Positions 37,015 to 49,966 of a stretch of DNA of 64,000 bases are shown piece by piece; positions within the stretch are counted from its first letter, which is position 1, and the number at the start of each line of letters is the position of its first letter. The position numbers and the translations under genes are program-made. Source of the DNA: Mobula hypostoma (Eukaryota); assembly GCF_963921235.1 (NCBI RefSeq), contig NC_086108.1, forward strand, positions 64,544,001 through 64,608,000, read 5' to 3'. Under the pieces are notes generated by a model. It saw only the letters and a list, made by a program, of their open reading frames with translations. It was not told where the DNA came from and made no database searches.

Positions 37015-38635
37015 TGGTAAATTGAGTCAATATTTTCACATGTACTGAGGTACACTAAAAACCTTGTATCCAATTCACACTGATCAGTCCTTTACAATAG
37101 TTCATTGAGGTATACAAGTTAAAAACAATAACAGAGTGCAGAATAAAGGGTTACTTTTACAGACAAAGTGCAGTGCAGGTAGACAATAAGGTGTAAAGCC
37201 ATAATGAGGTAGACAGTGAGTTCAAGGATCCATTCTTACTGTACTAGGCAACCATTCAATAGTTTTATAACAGCAGGATAGAAGCTGTCCTTGAGCTGGT
37301 GGTACCTGCTTCAAACTTTTGTATCTTGTGCCTGAGGGGAAAGGGAGCTGAGAGAATTTTCAGGGTAGGTAGTTTTTTTTAAAATTTTGCTGGTTGTTAA
37401 ACTGAAACAGTAAGAAGTGGGCACAGAATCCATGGAAAGCAGGCTGGTTTCTGAGATACACTGGACTGTGTCCATAACTGTTTGCAATTTCTTGCACTTG
37501 GGGGCAGAGCAGTTGCTATACCAAGCCATGATGACTCCAGATAGGATGCTTTCAATGGTGTATATATTAAAAAATTGGTGAGTGAGTCTAAGGAGATATG
37601 CCAACTTTTTTAGCCTCCTGAGTAAGTAGAAGCATTAGTGAACTTTATTGGCTGGGGCATCAGCATTGTTGAGCAGGGAAGGCTACTGGTGAAGTTCACT
37701 CCTAGGAACTTGAAGCTCTCATTCCTGTTGACCTCAGCATAGTTGATGTAAACAGGAGATGTGCACTGCTCGCCTTCCAGCTCTTTTGTTGACATTGAGG
37801 GAAAGATTGTTATCATGACACCACATCACTAGGACCTTTATCTACTTCCTGTACTCTGACTCATCGTTATTTGAGATACGGCCCACTACGGTGGTATCAT
37901 CTGCAAACTTGTAGATGGAGTCGGAGCAGAACCTGGCCAGGCAGTTTGACAGTAAAGGGAGTAGAGTAGGGGAGTAGAGCAGGGGACTGGAGGTATAGCC
38001 TTGCGGGTCCCAGTATGGAGGATAATCGTGGCGGAGTTTTGCTGCCAATCCTCACTGATTGTGGTTTGCTGGTCAGGAAATCAACTATCCAGTTGCAAAA
38101 GGAAGTGTTGAGTCTCAGATTTAGGCATTTGGAGATGATTTTCCTGGGAATTATAGCATTGAAGGCAGAGCTGTAGTCAATAAATAATACTGCATTGTAG
38201 GGGTCTTTACTGTGAGCTGTTTCAGAAATGAGTGTAGGATCAAGGAGGTAGCCTCTGCCATAGGCCTGTTATAGCGGCAGGCACGTTCAGCAGGTCAAGG
38301 TTGTCTGAGAGGCTGGAATTACTGTATCGCATGACCAGCCTTTCGAAGGTGGACATCAGAGCCACTGGGCGGAAGTCATTAAGGTGGATTACCTTGCTTT
38401 TCTTAGGTACGAGGATCTTAAAGCTTGTGAGAAACTTAGGCTGAAGCAGGGAGAAGTCAAAAGTGACTGCAACTACCCTCAAAAGCTGATTTACATAGGA
38501 TCTAAGGACATGGCTAATGACACCAAATGGTCTAGGTGCTTTTCCAAAGGTTCTTTTCTGGAAGACTGATCTCGTGTACGCAATGGTGACCGTGGGTTCA
38601 TGTGCACTGGAGGTGGATGGCAACATTCCAATCCA
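37015..38635 (-). mobile_element. Rex1/Babar-clade LINE, 5'-truncated and frameshifted
   Basis: ORF pieces [51 protein letters not shown] and IESILSGVIMAWYSNCS are characteristic of Rex-Babar RT. Confidence 0.85.
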
Positions 38636-38781
38636 CTTCTCTATCCTCAGCGATGAAAACATAAAAGACCTCTCTCCCAGAAGTAGTGCAAAATAACAAA
38701 TCCAATGTATATGAGAAGCTGAAAGAATTTATTACTGATGTAATAAAAATTATCAAAAGATCCCAAGACAGTAGTGACTTA

Positions 38782-39306
38782 TACTGAGTGGCTACTTTAT
38801 TAGGTACACCTGTATGTTAATGCAGATATCTAATCAGTTAATGATGTGGCTGCAACTCAGTGCATAAAAGCATGTAGACATGGTCAAGATGTTCAGTTGT
38901 TATTCAGACCAAACATCAGGATGGAAAAGAAATGTGATCTAAATGACTTTGACCGTGGAAAGACTGTTGGTTCCATACAGAGTGGTTTGGGTATTTCAGA
39001 AACTGCTGATCTCCTGGGATTTTCTTGCACAGCAGTCTCTAGAGTTTATAGTGAATGGTGTGAAAAACAATACAGTGAACGGTAGTTCTGTGGGTGAAAA
39101 TGCTTTGTTAATGAGAGAGGTTAGAGGAGAATAGCCAGACTTGTTCAAGCTGGGAGGAAAGCAACAGTAACTCAAATAACCACTTGTTACAACAGTGGTG
39201 TGCATACAGAAGAGCTTTTCTGTACACACAACAGTGGTGTGCATACAGAAGAGCTTTTCTGTACACACAACTTGTTGAACCTTGAAGTGGACGGGCTACC
39301 GCAGTG
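38782..39306 (+). mobile_element. Tc1/mariner relic (left TIR plus transposase HTH N-terminus, internally deleted)
   Basis: TA then TACTGAGTGGCTACTTTATTAGGTACAC (TIR-like). Encodes MEKKCDLNDFDRGKTVG...GLGISETADLLGFSCTAVSRVYSEW and ends CAGTG followed by TA. Confidence 0.85.
39189..39271. repeat. Perfect 39-bp tandem duplication (2.1 copies)
   Basis: ACAACAGTGGTGTGCATACAGAAGAGCTTTTCTGTACAC starts at 39189 and 39228, with a partial copy at 39267. Confidence 0.95.
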
Positions 39307-40994
39307 TACATTTGCAATTTTTGAAGGAAGAGGCTCTGGTAGATGCATTGGTTGTCATCTTTTTTTAGAAGGGAAAATCAGCAGAAGAGAAAGTGTTTGA
39401 GCCTATTATTAAGGAAGTGGTAAAGACGACATTGATATTAATAGTCAGGGTGAAAGGAAAATCCTGTTTGGAAGATCTGTAAATAAAGTTCTAAGGTTCT
39501 AACCAGCAGAGTAAATAAGTGGGAATTTCTGGATATTGAGTACTTGGTCTTTAAGAAGGCATTCAAGAAAGTGCCACACAAGAGATTATTAAACAATATT
39601 TCCTCAACTAAAGAGTAATGAGTATCTCTGTGATTCTCTCACCAAAAAAGCTCAGTTGGTCAGTATAATCAAAACTGAGATTGATAATATTTTGTGATAG
39701 TAAAAAGAAGATAAATTTGATTTGCACAAGAAAGGTGCAGTGAAGCAAATCTTCAACCATGATCTGAATAGTGGAGCAGGTTCGAGAGGCCAAATTGGTG
39801 CATTCTCTATTTCTCAAATACTTGTATTTCTTATAATGCTGTGTACATGCTGCACATAAAACTACAGCTGCTTTTAGTAGCCAGTCAGCCCTTTTGTGCT
39901 CAGGAAACTGATAATAACTTTGTTAGTTATAATATTTAGCTCTTTAAGTGCCTCTGTATTTCCAGGATGTTCACAGAAGAGCTGAATCTAACGTTGTCTG
40001 TGCACCACTCATTAAATTGGAATCTTGGTTACTGGGATTAATTTTTAGGATATGGTCTTTGAAAAGAAGTTGCTGGAGTGGCAACCTATTGCCACAGTGA
40101 ATACTGTGAGCACATTTCTCAGCAGTATGACCATATGTTCAATGTGAAGCTGCAGCATCACATCACTGCCAGATCAAAAATGTTTCTTAGTAGAGGAACT
40201 AAAGTAGCAGGCTGATACTGAGGAATTGTTCCGCCTCTAACAGTCATGAGTCTCCACTGTTAAAGTCCAATTTGAGGATAACTTGTGCGTTCATGCTGAT
40301 TTCTTTTGCTGGATGCTCTGATCTTTTGCAAGTTTTAACGCAAAATTCCACAGATATATTTCTTGGGAGTAACTGCAAATGCATGACATAATGTAACTTA
40401 TTTTAACTTTAACCTTGGAACTTGAATTTCTTCATGATGAATTTAATTAAGAAAATATTTCTTAAATACAATTTTCTCATTTCACACACATCCACTCCAA
40501 TGTTCCTTTCCATCTTCCTTGGGGAAGAACATCCTTCTGCACCCTATCTCCTAGAGTTAAGTTATGACAAAAATTAAAATGCTAGAAATTCTTGGTACCT
40601 TAAAGAATTGTGATACCTTATCTTCTAGCATGAAACCACAGTACCTCTTGCCATTAGAACTATTCATCATATTTAATAAATTCAAATAGTTACCAGCACA
40701 AATCCACAAATGGCACATTCCATAAAATTTAAGATCTGTTATGTTATTGATCTAACTTTAAATTTCCCTCTCAAATGTCTTTGTGAATAATAAGTGGATC
40801 TTTTTTCTTTTGTATGCTGGAGCATAATCCCAGTGGTTTTACAGAATTGTTTTCTTTCAGCATAATTCTAATTTTTTACCCCAGGTGAACACCAAAATGG
40901 TATCTTTATATTGACAGATTTTGAGAAGAACTTATAAAGAATAATTTTATTTGTGAACAAATTTCATTTTACCATGCAAGAGTATGCTTTCTTT

Positions 40995-41955
40995 TATAAC
41001 TTAGGTCATGGAATTAGTGGTTTTGTGGCAGCGGTACATTGCAATACATAATAACTGTAAATTACAATAAGTATGTAAAGTAAAATTAAGTAGTGCAAGA
41101 AGAGAGGAAACAAAATACTGAGGTAGTGTTTATGGGTTCATTGTCCATTCAGAAATCTGATGGCAGAGGGGAAGAAGCTGTTCCTGAAATGTGTGTGTGT
41201 CTTTGGACTCCTGTACCACCACCTTGATGGTAGCAATGAGAAGAGAGCATGTCCTGGGTGATGGGGATCCTTAATGATGGATGCCACCTTCTTGAGGCAT
41301 TGCTTTTTGGTGTCCTGGATGCTGGGGAGGCTAGCACCCATGATGGAGCTGGCAGAGTTTACAACTTTCTGCAGCTTTGTCCAATCCTGTGCAGTGGCCC
41401 CTCCATACCACATGGAGATGCAACCAGTTGGAATGTTCTCCATGGTACATCTGTAAAACTTGCAAGTGTTTTTGGTGACATGCCAATTCTCCTAATGAAA
41501 TATAGCTGCTGTTGACCCTTCTTTGTAATTGCATCAATATGTTGGGCCCAAGATGGATCCTCAGAGATGTTGACACCCAGGAACTTGAAACTGTTCACCC
41601 TTTCCACTCCTGATCCCTTGCTGAAGACTGCTGTGTGTTCCCCCGACTTCCCCTTCCTGAAGTCCACAGTCAGTTCCTTGGCCTCACTGACATTGTGTGC
41701 AAGGTTGTTGCTGTGACACCACTCAACCAGCTGATCTAACTTGTTCCTGTCTGCCTCCTCGTCACTATCAGAAATTCTGCCAACAATAGATGTGTCATCG
41801 GTAGATTTATAGATGACGTTTGAGCTGTGCCTAGCCATACAATCATGGGTGTAGAGAGAGTAGAGCAGTGGGCTAAGCATGCATTCTTGAGCTACAGCAA
41901 TTTGATTGTCATCGAGGAGATGTTATTTCTGATCCACACAGACAGTGACCTGTAA
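40995..41955 (-). mobile_element. Rex1/Babar-clade LINE 3' fragment
   Basis: ORF 41359-41880 reads LSPLLYSLYTHDC...IYKSTDDTSIVGRIS...SFKFLGVNISED. ORF 41138-41443 reads IIKDPHHPGHALFSLLPS...FRNSFFPSAIRFLN. Confidence 0.9.
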
Positions 41956-42139
41956 TGAAATATAAAAATTATCAATAAAATCAGACAATAATATCATTAG
42001 TTTTCCAAATAACCAATTGGTTGAATCTTATTTAGTTTTGATGTAGAAAAGTTCAGGAGTTGCAAATACCTAATGGCTCATTTGCTGTATCATTTAGTAG
42101 TTGAAATGTAGATTACAAGATACCATTAATCTGGAAACT

Positions 42140-42300
42140 GTAATGTTGCAAAAATGTCTCAAGATGCTTCACCCAGCGTTAACAATCAAAAATGAATTCC
42201 AAGCCAAACAAGGAAATAATAAATAGATGACTAATAGCCTAGCTGTTGATGGGATTGTCAGTGGAGAAGAAAGGAGGATTACTGAGAATGAATCAACAGC
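42140..42300 (-). mobile_element. Possible old L2-type tail fragment
   Basis: AAAATGTCTCAAGATGCTTCAC...AAGCCAAACAAGGAAATA resembles the reverse complement of shark L2 tails (from memory). Confidence 0.35.
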
Positions 42301-42799
42301 TTGAACTAATTTCAAAAATATCAAGATCAGTGCCATGTTTTCCATCAGTTCTTTTAAAACTGTGTTTTAGAAACTGATTATGGATAGCTTCTATTCATGA
42401 TTGAAAAAAAATGCAATGTAGAAGATGTGTATAGATGTATGCGTTAAAATAAGATTGCTATCCCTTTGTGCAATCATAACATTCCTGGTGTTAACTATGT
42501 TCATTTGTCACATAGAGCAGTTATAAACAGTTAATACAATTTTTTTTCTCAGATACTCTTGTTTTTTTCTATACTTAAAATCCAAATTGCATTATTACTT
42601 CTTGAACCATGACAGATGGGTTAAATAGTTCCTTGATTTCACACTAACATCGCAACCTCAAGTTAGAGGGTAAATTAACCATATAACCATATAACAATTA
42701 CAGCACGGAAACAGGCCATCTCGGCCCTTCTAGTCCATGCCGAAGTCTTACTCTCACCTAGTCCCACCGACCTGCACTCAGCCCATAACCCTCCATTCC

Positions 42800-45754
42800 T
42801 TACCTGTCCATATAGCTGTCCAGTTTAACTTTAGATGACAACATCGAACCTGCCTCAACCACTTCTGCTGGAAGCTCGTTCCACACAGCTACTACTCTCT
42901 GAGTAAAGAAGTTCCCCTTCATGTTACCCCTAAACTTTTGCCCTTTAACTCTCAACTCATGTCCTCTTGTTTGAAACTCCCCCACTCTCAATGGAAAAAG
43001 CCTATCCACGTCAACTCTATCTATCCCCCTCATAATTTTAAATACCTCTATCAAGTCCCCCCTCAACCTTCGACGCTCCAAAGAATAAAGACCCAACTTG
43101 TTCAACCTTTCTCTGTAACTTAGGAGATGGAACCCAGGTAACATTCTAGTAAATCTTCTCTGTACTCTCTCAATTTTGTTGACATCGATCCTGTAATTTC
43201 GTGACCAGAACTGTACACAATACTCCAAATTTGGCCTTACCAATGCCTTGTACAATTTCAACAATACATCCCAACTCTTATACTCAATGCTCTGATTTAT
43301 ACAGGTCAGCATACCAAAAGCTTTCTTCACCAACCTATCCACATGAGATTTCACCTTCAGGTAGCTATGCACCATTATTCCTAGATCCCTCTGTTGTACT
43401 GGATTCTTCAATGCCCTACCATTTACCATGTATGTCCTATTTTGATTAGTCCTACCAAAATGTAGCACCACACATTTATCAGCATTAAACTCTATCTGCC
43501 ATCTGTCAGCCCACTCTTCTAATTGGCCTAAATCTCTCTGCAAAGTTTGAAAACCTACTTCATTGTCCGCAACTCCACCTATCTTAGTATCATCTGTATA
43601 CTTACTAATCCAATTTACCACCCCATCATCCAGATCATTAATATATATGACAAACAACATTGGACCCAGTATAGATCCCTGAGGCACACCACTAGTCACC
43701 GGCCTCCAATCTGACAAACAGTTATCCACCACAACTCTCTGGCGTCTCCCATCGAGCCACTGCTGAATCCATTTTACTACTTCAATATTAATACTTAATG
43801 ATTGAACCTTCCTAACTAACCTTCCATCTGGAACCTTGTCAAAGGCCTTACTGAAGTCCATATAGACAACATCCACTGCTTTACCCTTGTCAACTTTCCT
43901 AATAACCTCTTGCAAAAAATTCAATAAGATTTGTCAAACATGACAAATCCATGTTGACTGTTCCTAATCAGACCCTGTCTATCCAGGTAATTATATATAC
44001 CATCTCTAAGAATACTTTCCATCAGTTTACCCACCACTGACGTCAAAATCACAGGCCGATAATTGCTAGGTTTACTCTTAGAACCCTTTTTAAATAATGG
44101 AACAACTTGAGCAATATGCCAATCCTCCGGCACCATCCCCGTTTCCAATGACATTTGAAATATTTCTGTCAGAGCCCCTTCTGTTTCCACACTAACTTCC
44201 CTCAAGATCCTAGGGAATATCCTGTCAGGACCCGGAGACTTATCCACTTTTATATTCCTTAAAAGTGTCAGTACTTCCTCTTCTTTAATCATCATAGTTT
44301 CCATAACTACCCTACTTGTTTCCCTTACCTTACACAATTCAATATCCTTCTCCTTAGTGAATACCAAAGAAAAGAAATTGCTCAAAATCTCCCCCATCTC
44401 TTTTGGCTCCGCACATAGCCGTCCACTGTAATTCTCTAAGGGACCAATTTTATCCCTCACTATCCTTTTGCTATTTATATAACTGTAGAAATCCTTTGGA
44501 TTTATTTTCACCTTACTTGCCAAAGCAACCTCATATCTTCTTTTAGCTCTTCTAATTTCTTTCTTAAGGTTCTTCTTACATTCTTTATATTCTTCGAGCA
44601 CCTCATTTACTCCATGCTGCCTATATTTATTGTAGATCGCTCTCTTTTTCCGAACCAAGTTTCCAATATCCCTTGAAAACTATGTCTCTCTCAAACTCTT
44701 AACCTTTCCTTTCAACCTAATAGAAACATAAAGATTCTGTACCCTCAAAATTTCACCTTTAAATGACCTCCATTTCTCTATTACATCCTTCCCTTAAAAC
44801 AAATTGTCCCAATCCATTCCTTCTAAATTTTTTCGTATCTCCTCAAAGTTAGCCCTTCTCCAATCAAAAATCTCAACCCTAGGTCCAGTCCTATCCTTCT
44901 CCATAATTATATTGAAACTAATGGCGTTGTGATCACTGGACAGGAAGTGCTCCCCAACATGTCACCCGAACTATCTCATTCCCTAACAGGAGATCCAACA
45001 CTGCCCCTTCTCTAGTTGGTACCTCTATGTATTGCTGCAAAAAACTATCTTGCACACATTTTACAAACTCCAAACCATCCAGCCCTTTTACAGAATGGGT
45101 TTTCCAGTTTATGTGTGGAAAATTAAAATCTCCCACAATCACAATCTTGTGCTTACTACAAATATCTGCTATCTCTTTACAAATTTGCTCCTCCAATTAT
45201 TGCTCCCCATTCGGTGGTCTATAATACACCCCTATAAGTGTTACTACACCTTTCCCATTCCTCAATTCCGCCCAAATAGCCTCCATAGACGAGTCCTCTA
45301 ATCTATCCTGCCAAAGCACCGCTGTAATATTTTCTCTGACAAGCAATGCAACACCTCCCCTGCTTCCCCCTCCAATTCTATCACACCTGAAGCAACGAAA
45401 TTCAGGAATATTTAATTGTCAATTACGCCCCTCCTGCAGCCATGTTTCACTAATAGCTACAGCATCATATTTCCAGGTATCAATCCATGCTCTAAACTCA
45501 TCCACCTTTCGTACAATGCTCTTAGCATTAAAATAGATGCATTTAAGAAACTCTCCACCTCTTACTCTCTGTTTATCCCTAATGGTACAAACAACTTTGT
45601 TATCTTTTTCTTCCTTCTCCCCTGCATCTTCGGTCTGAGTGCTCCCGTTCTCTGTCCCCTGCCTATCCTCCCTCACCCACTGTCTACTAGCTTTCTCTAT
45701 TTGTGAAGTAACCGCCTCTCTCCTAGTCTCTTCAATTTGATTCCCACCCCCCAA
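42800..45754 (-). pseudogene. CR1 ORF2 (APE endonuclease + reverse transcriptase), frameshifted
   Basis: Motifs CIYFNAKSI, VAISETWL, IVGDFNFPHINW, KSPGPDRI, NYRPVILTS, YMDFSKAFDKVP, GVPQGSILGP and SKYTDDTKIG, split over several frames. Confidence 0.92.
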
Positions 45755-45759
45755 CCATT

Positions 45760-46590
45760 CTAGTTTAAAGTCTCCCCAGTAGCCTTCGCAAATCTCCCTG
45801 CCAGAATATTGGTCCCCCTAGGATTCAAGTGCAACCCATCCCTTTTGTACAGGTCACACCTGCGCCAAAAGAGGTCCCAATGATCCAGAAACTTGAATCC
45901 CTGCCCCCTGCTCCAATCCCTCAGCCACGCATTTATCCTCCACCTCATTCCATTCCTACTCTCACTGTCGCGTGACACAGGCAGTAATCCCGAGATTTCT
46001 ACCTTTGCGGTCCTTCTTCTCAACTCCCTTCCTAACTCCATATATTCTCCTTTCAGGACCTAATCCCTTTTCCTACCGATGTCATTGGTACCTATATGTA
46101 CACGACCTCTGCTTCCTCACCCTCCCACTTCAGGATATCTTGGACACGATCAGAAACATCCCGGACCCTGGCACCAGGGAGGCAAACTACCATCCGGATG
46201 TCCTGACTGCATCCACAGAATTGCCTGTCTGACCCCCGAACTTTCGAGTCCCCTATTACTTCTGCCCTCCTCTTCCTTTCCCTACCCTTCTGAGCTACAG
46301 GGCCAGACTCTGTGCCAGAGGCATGACCACTGTTGCTTCCCCCAGGTAAGCTGTCCCCCCCAACAGTACTCAAACAGGAGTACTTATTGTCAAGGCGCAC
46401 AGCCACTGGGGTACTCTCTAGTACCTGACACTTCCCCTTCCCCCTCCTAACCGTGACCCACTTGTCTGTCTCCCGTGGCCCCGGTGTGACCACCTGCCTG
46501 TAACTCCTCTCTATCAACTCCTCACTCTCCCTGACCAGACAAAGGTCATCGAGCTGCAGCTCCAGTTCCCTAACACGGTCCCTTAGGAGC
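45760..46590 (-). pseudogene. CR1 ORF1 C-terminal part (SGNH/GDSL esterase-like)
   Basis: VIGDSKVRG...VCLPGARVRDV and FLDHWDLFW...YKRDGLHLNPRG, frameshifted near 46050-46100. Confidence 0.85.
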
Positions 46591-46969
46591 TTTTAATGTT
46601 GTTAAATTGTTACTTTTAATGTGATTTTTTAAAATTTGTAGTTAACAATGCATAGCAAGACTATTGAGGTTTTCTCCTTTGCTTAATCAAACTAACATTA
46701 CAGCAAATAATCATCTGCATCATTGATTAAGATGGGATCTAACAGCTGAGTAAGGAGATACATGTAGATGAACAATAAGAACTAAGAAGCAGGACATTTA
46801 GTGAACAGCTGAAGAATGTTTTTTTTTAAATGACTTTTTGAGCTCTCTTCCCTAACTAGCTGAGTCAATTTGATGATCCTTGGTTATGTTATGAGTGTTC
46901 GGGTGTTTGAACGTTTTCACGCTTGCTTTCTTGCATTGTTGTCTTGAGTCTTTACACTGTCTTTTAAGT

Positions 46970-47860
46970 GATACTTACTAACTTGGGTCCTTACCACCAA
47001 GTGGAGCAGAGGGCATCGATGACCTCCCATCTCCATCATCCTCTGGAGTCAATGGAGTTGGAGTTGATCAACGCTTCTGCAATCCATTGCATTCGCAGTA
47101 CAGGGGATTGACCTGTATAGCTTCACCAGAGCCCTGTTGCCCGGCCTTACCCATTTCCACCTCTCACGATGGGACATAGGGTTAGAATTTTAAGTAATAA
47201 CATAGAAATATTTTGAAAAGATCTTTCAAAATCAACACATAAAATAAAAGAAACTTTTTACAGAGATGGGATGTTTCCATGAAAAGCATCTCATCAGCAC
47301 CTGATCTCACCATCGCAGTGAGATTTTTCTCAGGGCACTGCATGGAATAGTGAAAATGGCATTGTTGGTAGTGAGTTCTGCCTTTTTGTTTGTTTCTTGC
47401 TACAGGAATATTGCTGTTTTCCTTGCCCTGCTGATATCTGCTTGCCATGAGAAAAACATTGTATCCGCTGTAAACAAACCCTAGCTTATCTACATTGTCT
47501 GTTTGACCATGTTCTGCTTTGAAGTCTCAGTGCAGCTGACCTTTTGAGAATCCCTGTCAGTCGTATATAAATGCGAAAAGCTTCCAAAGATACTGTTTGA
47601 GGAATCAAGGGAGAATAAATGTACGGCTTTACCAAAATGTTTTTCCCAATTTTCTGTGCCTCCATTTCATCGTCCCAATTGGCCAATTTATCCCCATCAT
47701 CCAACAATTTTATGTCTACTTCTTATGCTTCTCTACTACCATCCTCTTCCTGATGTGCAAGCTTTCAGATAGCATTGGCAACTTGCTTCAAACATTCAAA
47801 TTAGGTCCAATCATGAAAACTGCTCAGGCCCCTTTTGTTTCTTTTATTGTGTGTATTCAA
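46970..47860 (-). mobile_element. Possible degraded RTE-like fragments (46970-47185, 47480-47850)
   Basis: Higher GC than the flanks, an ACTTACT-type tail and retroelement-like peptide scraps, but no diagnostic motif. Confidence 0.3.
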
Positions 47861-47866
47861 AATAAA

Positions 47867-47978
47867 GAAAGGCCTGGCAATCTACTTCAGTATCTTGCCA
47901 TGAAAACCCTATGGACAATACACTATCCATAGGGTTGCCTTGAGTCAACGACGACTTGACAGCACTCAACAACAACAC
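47867..47978 (+). mobile_element. RTE-derived mini-SINE (Bov-A-like architecture)
   Basis: TGGCAA...TTGCCA hairpin, 11-bp stem AACCCTATGGA/TCCATAGGGTT, RTE-type tail GAGTCAACGACGACTTGACAGCACT(CAA)n, and a 10-bp TSD TCAAAATAAA at 47857-47866 and 47979-47988. Confidence 0.7.
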
Positions 47979-48744
47979 TCAAAATAAAAATTGGAACCTG
48001 TAGTTTTAAAACTGTCAACACAAGAATGCTAGTTTAAAAACTGGCAGGCCCATCACTTCACCAACATAAGGCTTCTCGTATTCCACTGTAGTGAGGCAGA
48101 GAAGCACTTTGGATACAAAAGCATGCAGACTTGACAGTGTCATTCATTACTGCTAGCCCTTAAATAAAGAACACCAACCATAGTCAACCTAGTAACTCCA
48201 ATATAAAGGAACAGTAAATATAACATTCTGTAAATTACTGACTGATGTCACTCAATGTCCAAAATATTCAAGTTTGTTTTGCACACTGGTGTTTTATCAC
48301 ACAATGTTTGATTGACAGGTCTTGGAGGCTTTTATTGTTCTGAAGTGTCCCTAATACCTGTTGGGTTGTGAAGATGAAAAGGGTTACAGCATAATGTGTG
48401 TACATGCCAAAATGCATTAATTTAATGTGCTAGCAAGTTTTCCTCAATTTACTGCCATTGTGTAAAAATCAATTAGCTGGTTTCTTTTTGTTAATTAAAT
48501 AGTATCAGCTAGCTTTCCAAAATTAATTGATATATTTTGATAAACTTCTTTGATGTGGACAAGCTGTATATGAATTGTCCTCTCTCTTTGTGTTTCGTAA
48601 ATATTTTACCATCAAGGGTTCTGTGAAAATGAAGACTGCAGAGACTATTGACTGAAAAAATATGTTTTAACAAATCCAAGTTTATGATCTTGTGGTTATC
48701 GTTAGAAGTTTTCAAAATTGTAATTCTTTTGTTAACTTTAAAGG

Positions 48745-48885
48745 AAAATACTGCAAAAACTAGAAACCTGAACAGCCAAGCAGGTCAGGGAAAGGACCAT
48801 AAACCTGAAAGAGTACTTCTACCTTTCTTTCTCTAGAGATGCTGCTTGGTTTGCTGAGTGTTTGTAGTGTTTTGGTTATAGTTGT
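48745..48885. mobile_element. Old Penelope-derived hairpin repeat
   Basis: GATGCTGCTTGGTTTGCTGAGTG is a diverged copy of the 28800/55250/62170 motif, preceded by an inverted arm (AGCAGGTCAGG). Confidence 0.5.
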
Positions 48886-49966
48886 GTGTTTTACTCTTTT
48901 TAACACGTTTTATGTAATTTAATTTATACTTCACAAACTAACTCTGAAGAGTTTTCTCTTTTGGGGCATTCTAGCCACTTGTGTGGTCATGTTGACTGGT
49001 CCAGTTGTTCATGCATTGTGTTACACTGCAGGGGAGATACCGAATACAAATTGGACCAAGGGTGGAAAATAAGGCAGTATGGTTACATGCAGAAGAAATG
49101 TGCCACATCAGAAGGAGAATGCAAGCAGTTTCAGCTGAAAGGACAGGACACGAATAATAAATCTGTTGATACTGCAGAAAACAATATGGTGCTCCCCAAA
49201 GAAGGGTTATAGGGACTGATTGATGACAGCTCAAAGGATCACTGACTAACTATAGCTTGGGGATTATGGATACGTAGCACTGCTTTGTCATTCATGGGTA
49301 GTGATGCCAACAATTGGTAGTTTAAAAAAATTAGCTCTGTGGACTTTTTAACTATTGATATTTCTTTTTGTAATGTAACTTGTTTTAACCCTGTCTTGTA
49401 AAATAATAACATGCAGTACATCAAATAAGTTTCACAAGAGAGGAAGGGGAAGCTAAATTTTGTTATGCTAATGCATGATGTAATATTTCCAGTTTTGAAA
49501 ACAAGATGCAATTCATAAATTACAATCTCTTAATTTAACCTCATGTTCTATCAATTAGAGAAAAGAGGAATGCTTGTGATAGAGAATTTTTTTATTTCTA
49601 TCACCAAGAAGGTAGTGTTAAGCTTTAATGTTAAATATCAGTTACACAATCCATTTAACATTCTGAAATGAAACTTTAGTTTCAGCTTCCAAAGTAACAC
49701 TTACTTATTTTGAAAACTTTTAAGTTTCCAAAATGAAATAATTGACTGAGTAATGGTTTGTAAAGTGATCAGAATTTAATGTTTGTAGTGCAAGTCTACT
49801 TAGGCTGCCTCAACTTATTTCAAATAGAAAGCCAGGTAAACCTCAACATTTACTTTCGATGTTCCCAAGGCCAAAAGTGAATAGGGGCCAAATATGATAA
49901 GGGATGGGATATATTGCAATTTAAGGCTTTGCTTTTGTTTAGATAATAATTTGTTGAAAGTATTTA

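Larger units (their letters stand above)
36480..39835 (+). mobile_element. Old CR1 LINE split by Rex-Babar and Tc1 insertions (pieces ~36480-37005, 38637-38780, 39310-39835)
   Basis: Endonuclease-like GGGAAGAGTAACCATAAT, ATGGCAGAGAAATTAAACAAA (MAEKLNK), RT motif YLVFKKAFKKVPHKRLL at ~39541-39592, and a CR1-type tail at 39755-39835. Confidence 0.65.
42676..46590 (-). mobile_element. Young, near-full-length CR1 LINE (5'-truncated within ORF1)
   Basis: ORF1 esterase-like, APE endonuclease and RT domains lie in order on the minus strand, with an (ATATGGTT)n-type 3' tail at 42676-42695 and few disruptions. Confidence 0.95.

Noticed and set aside
39189..39271. Direct repeats suggestive of a CRISPR-like array
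   Set aside because: Only two abutting copies with no spacer, inside a eukaryotic Tc1 relic.
42800..43924. 374-aa RT ORF as a functional or domesticated gene
   Set aside because: It is a frameshift-bounded piece of CR1 ORF2 with no true start codon.
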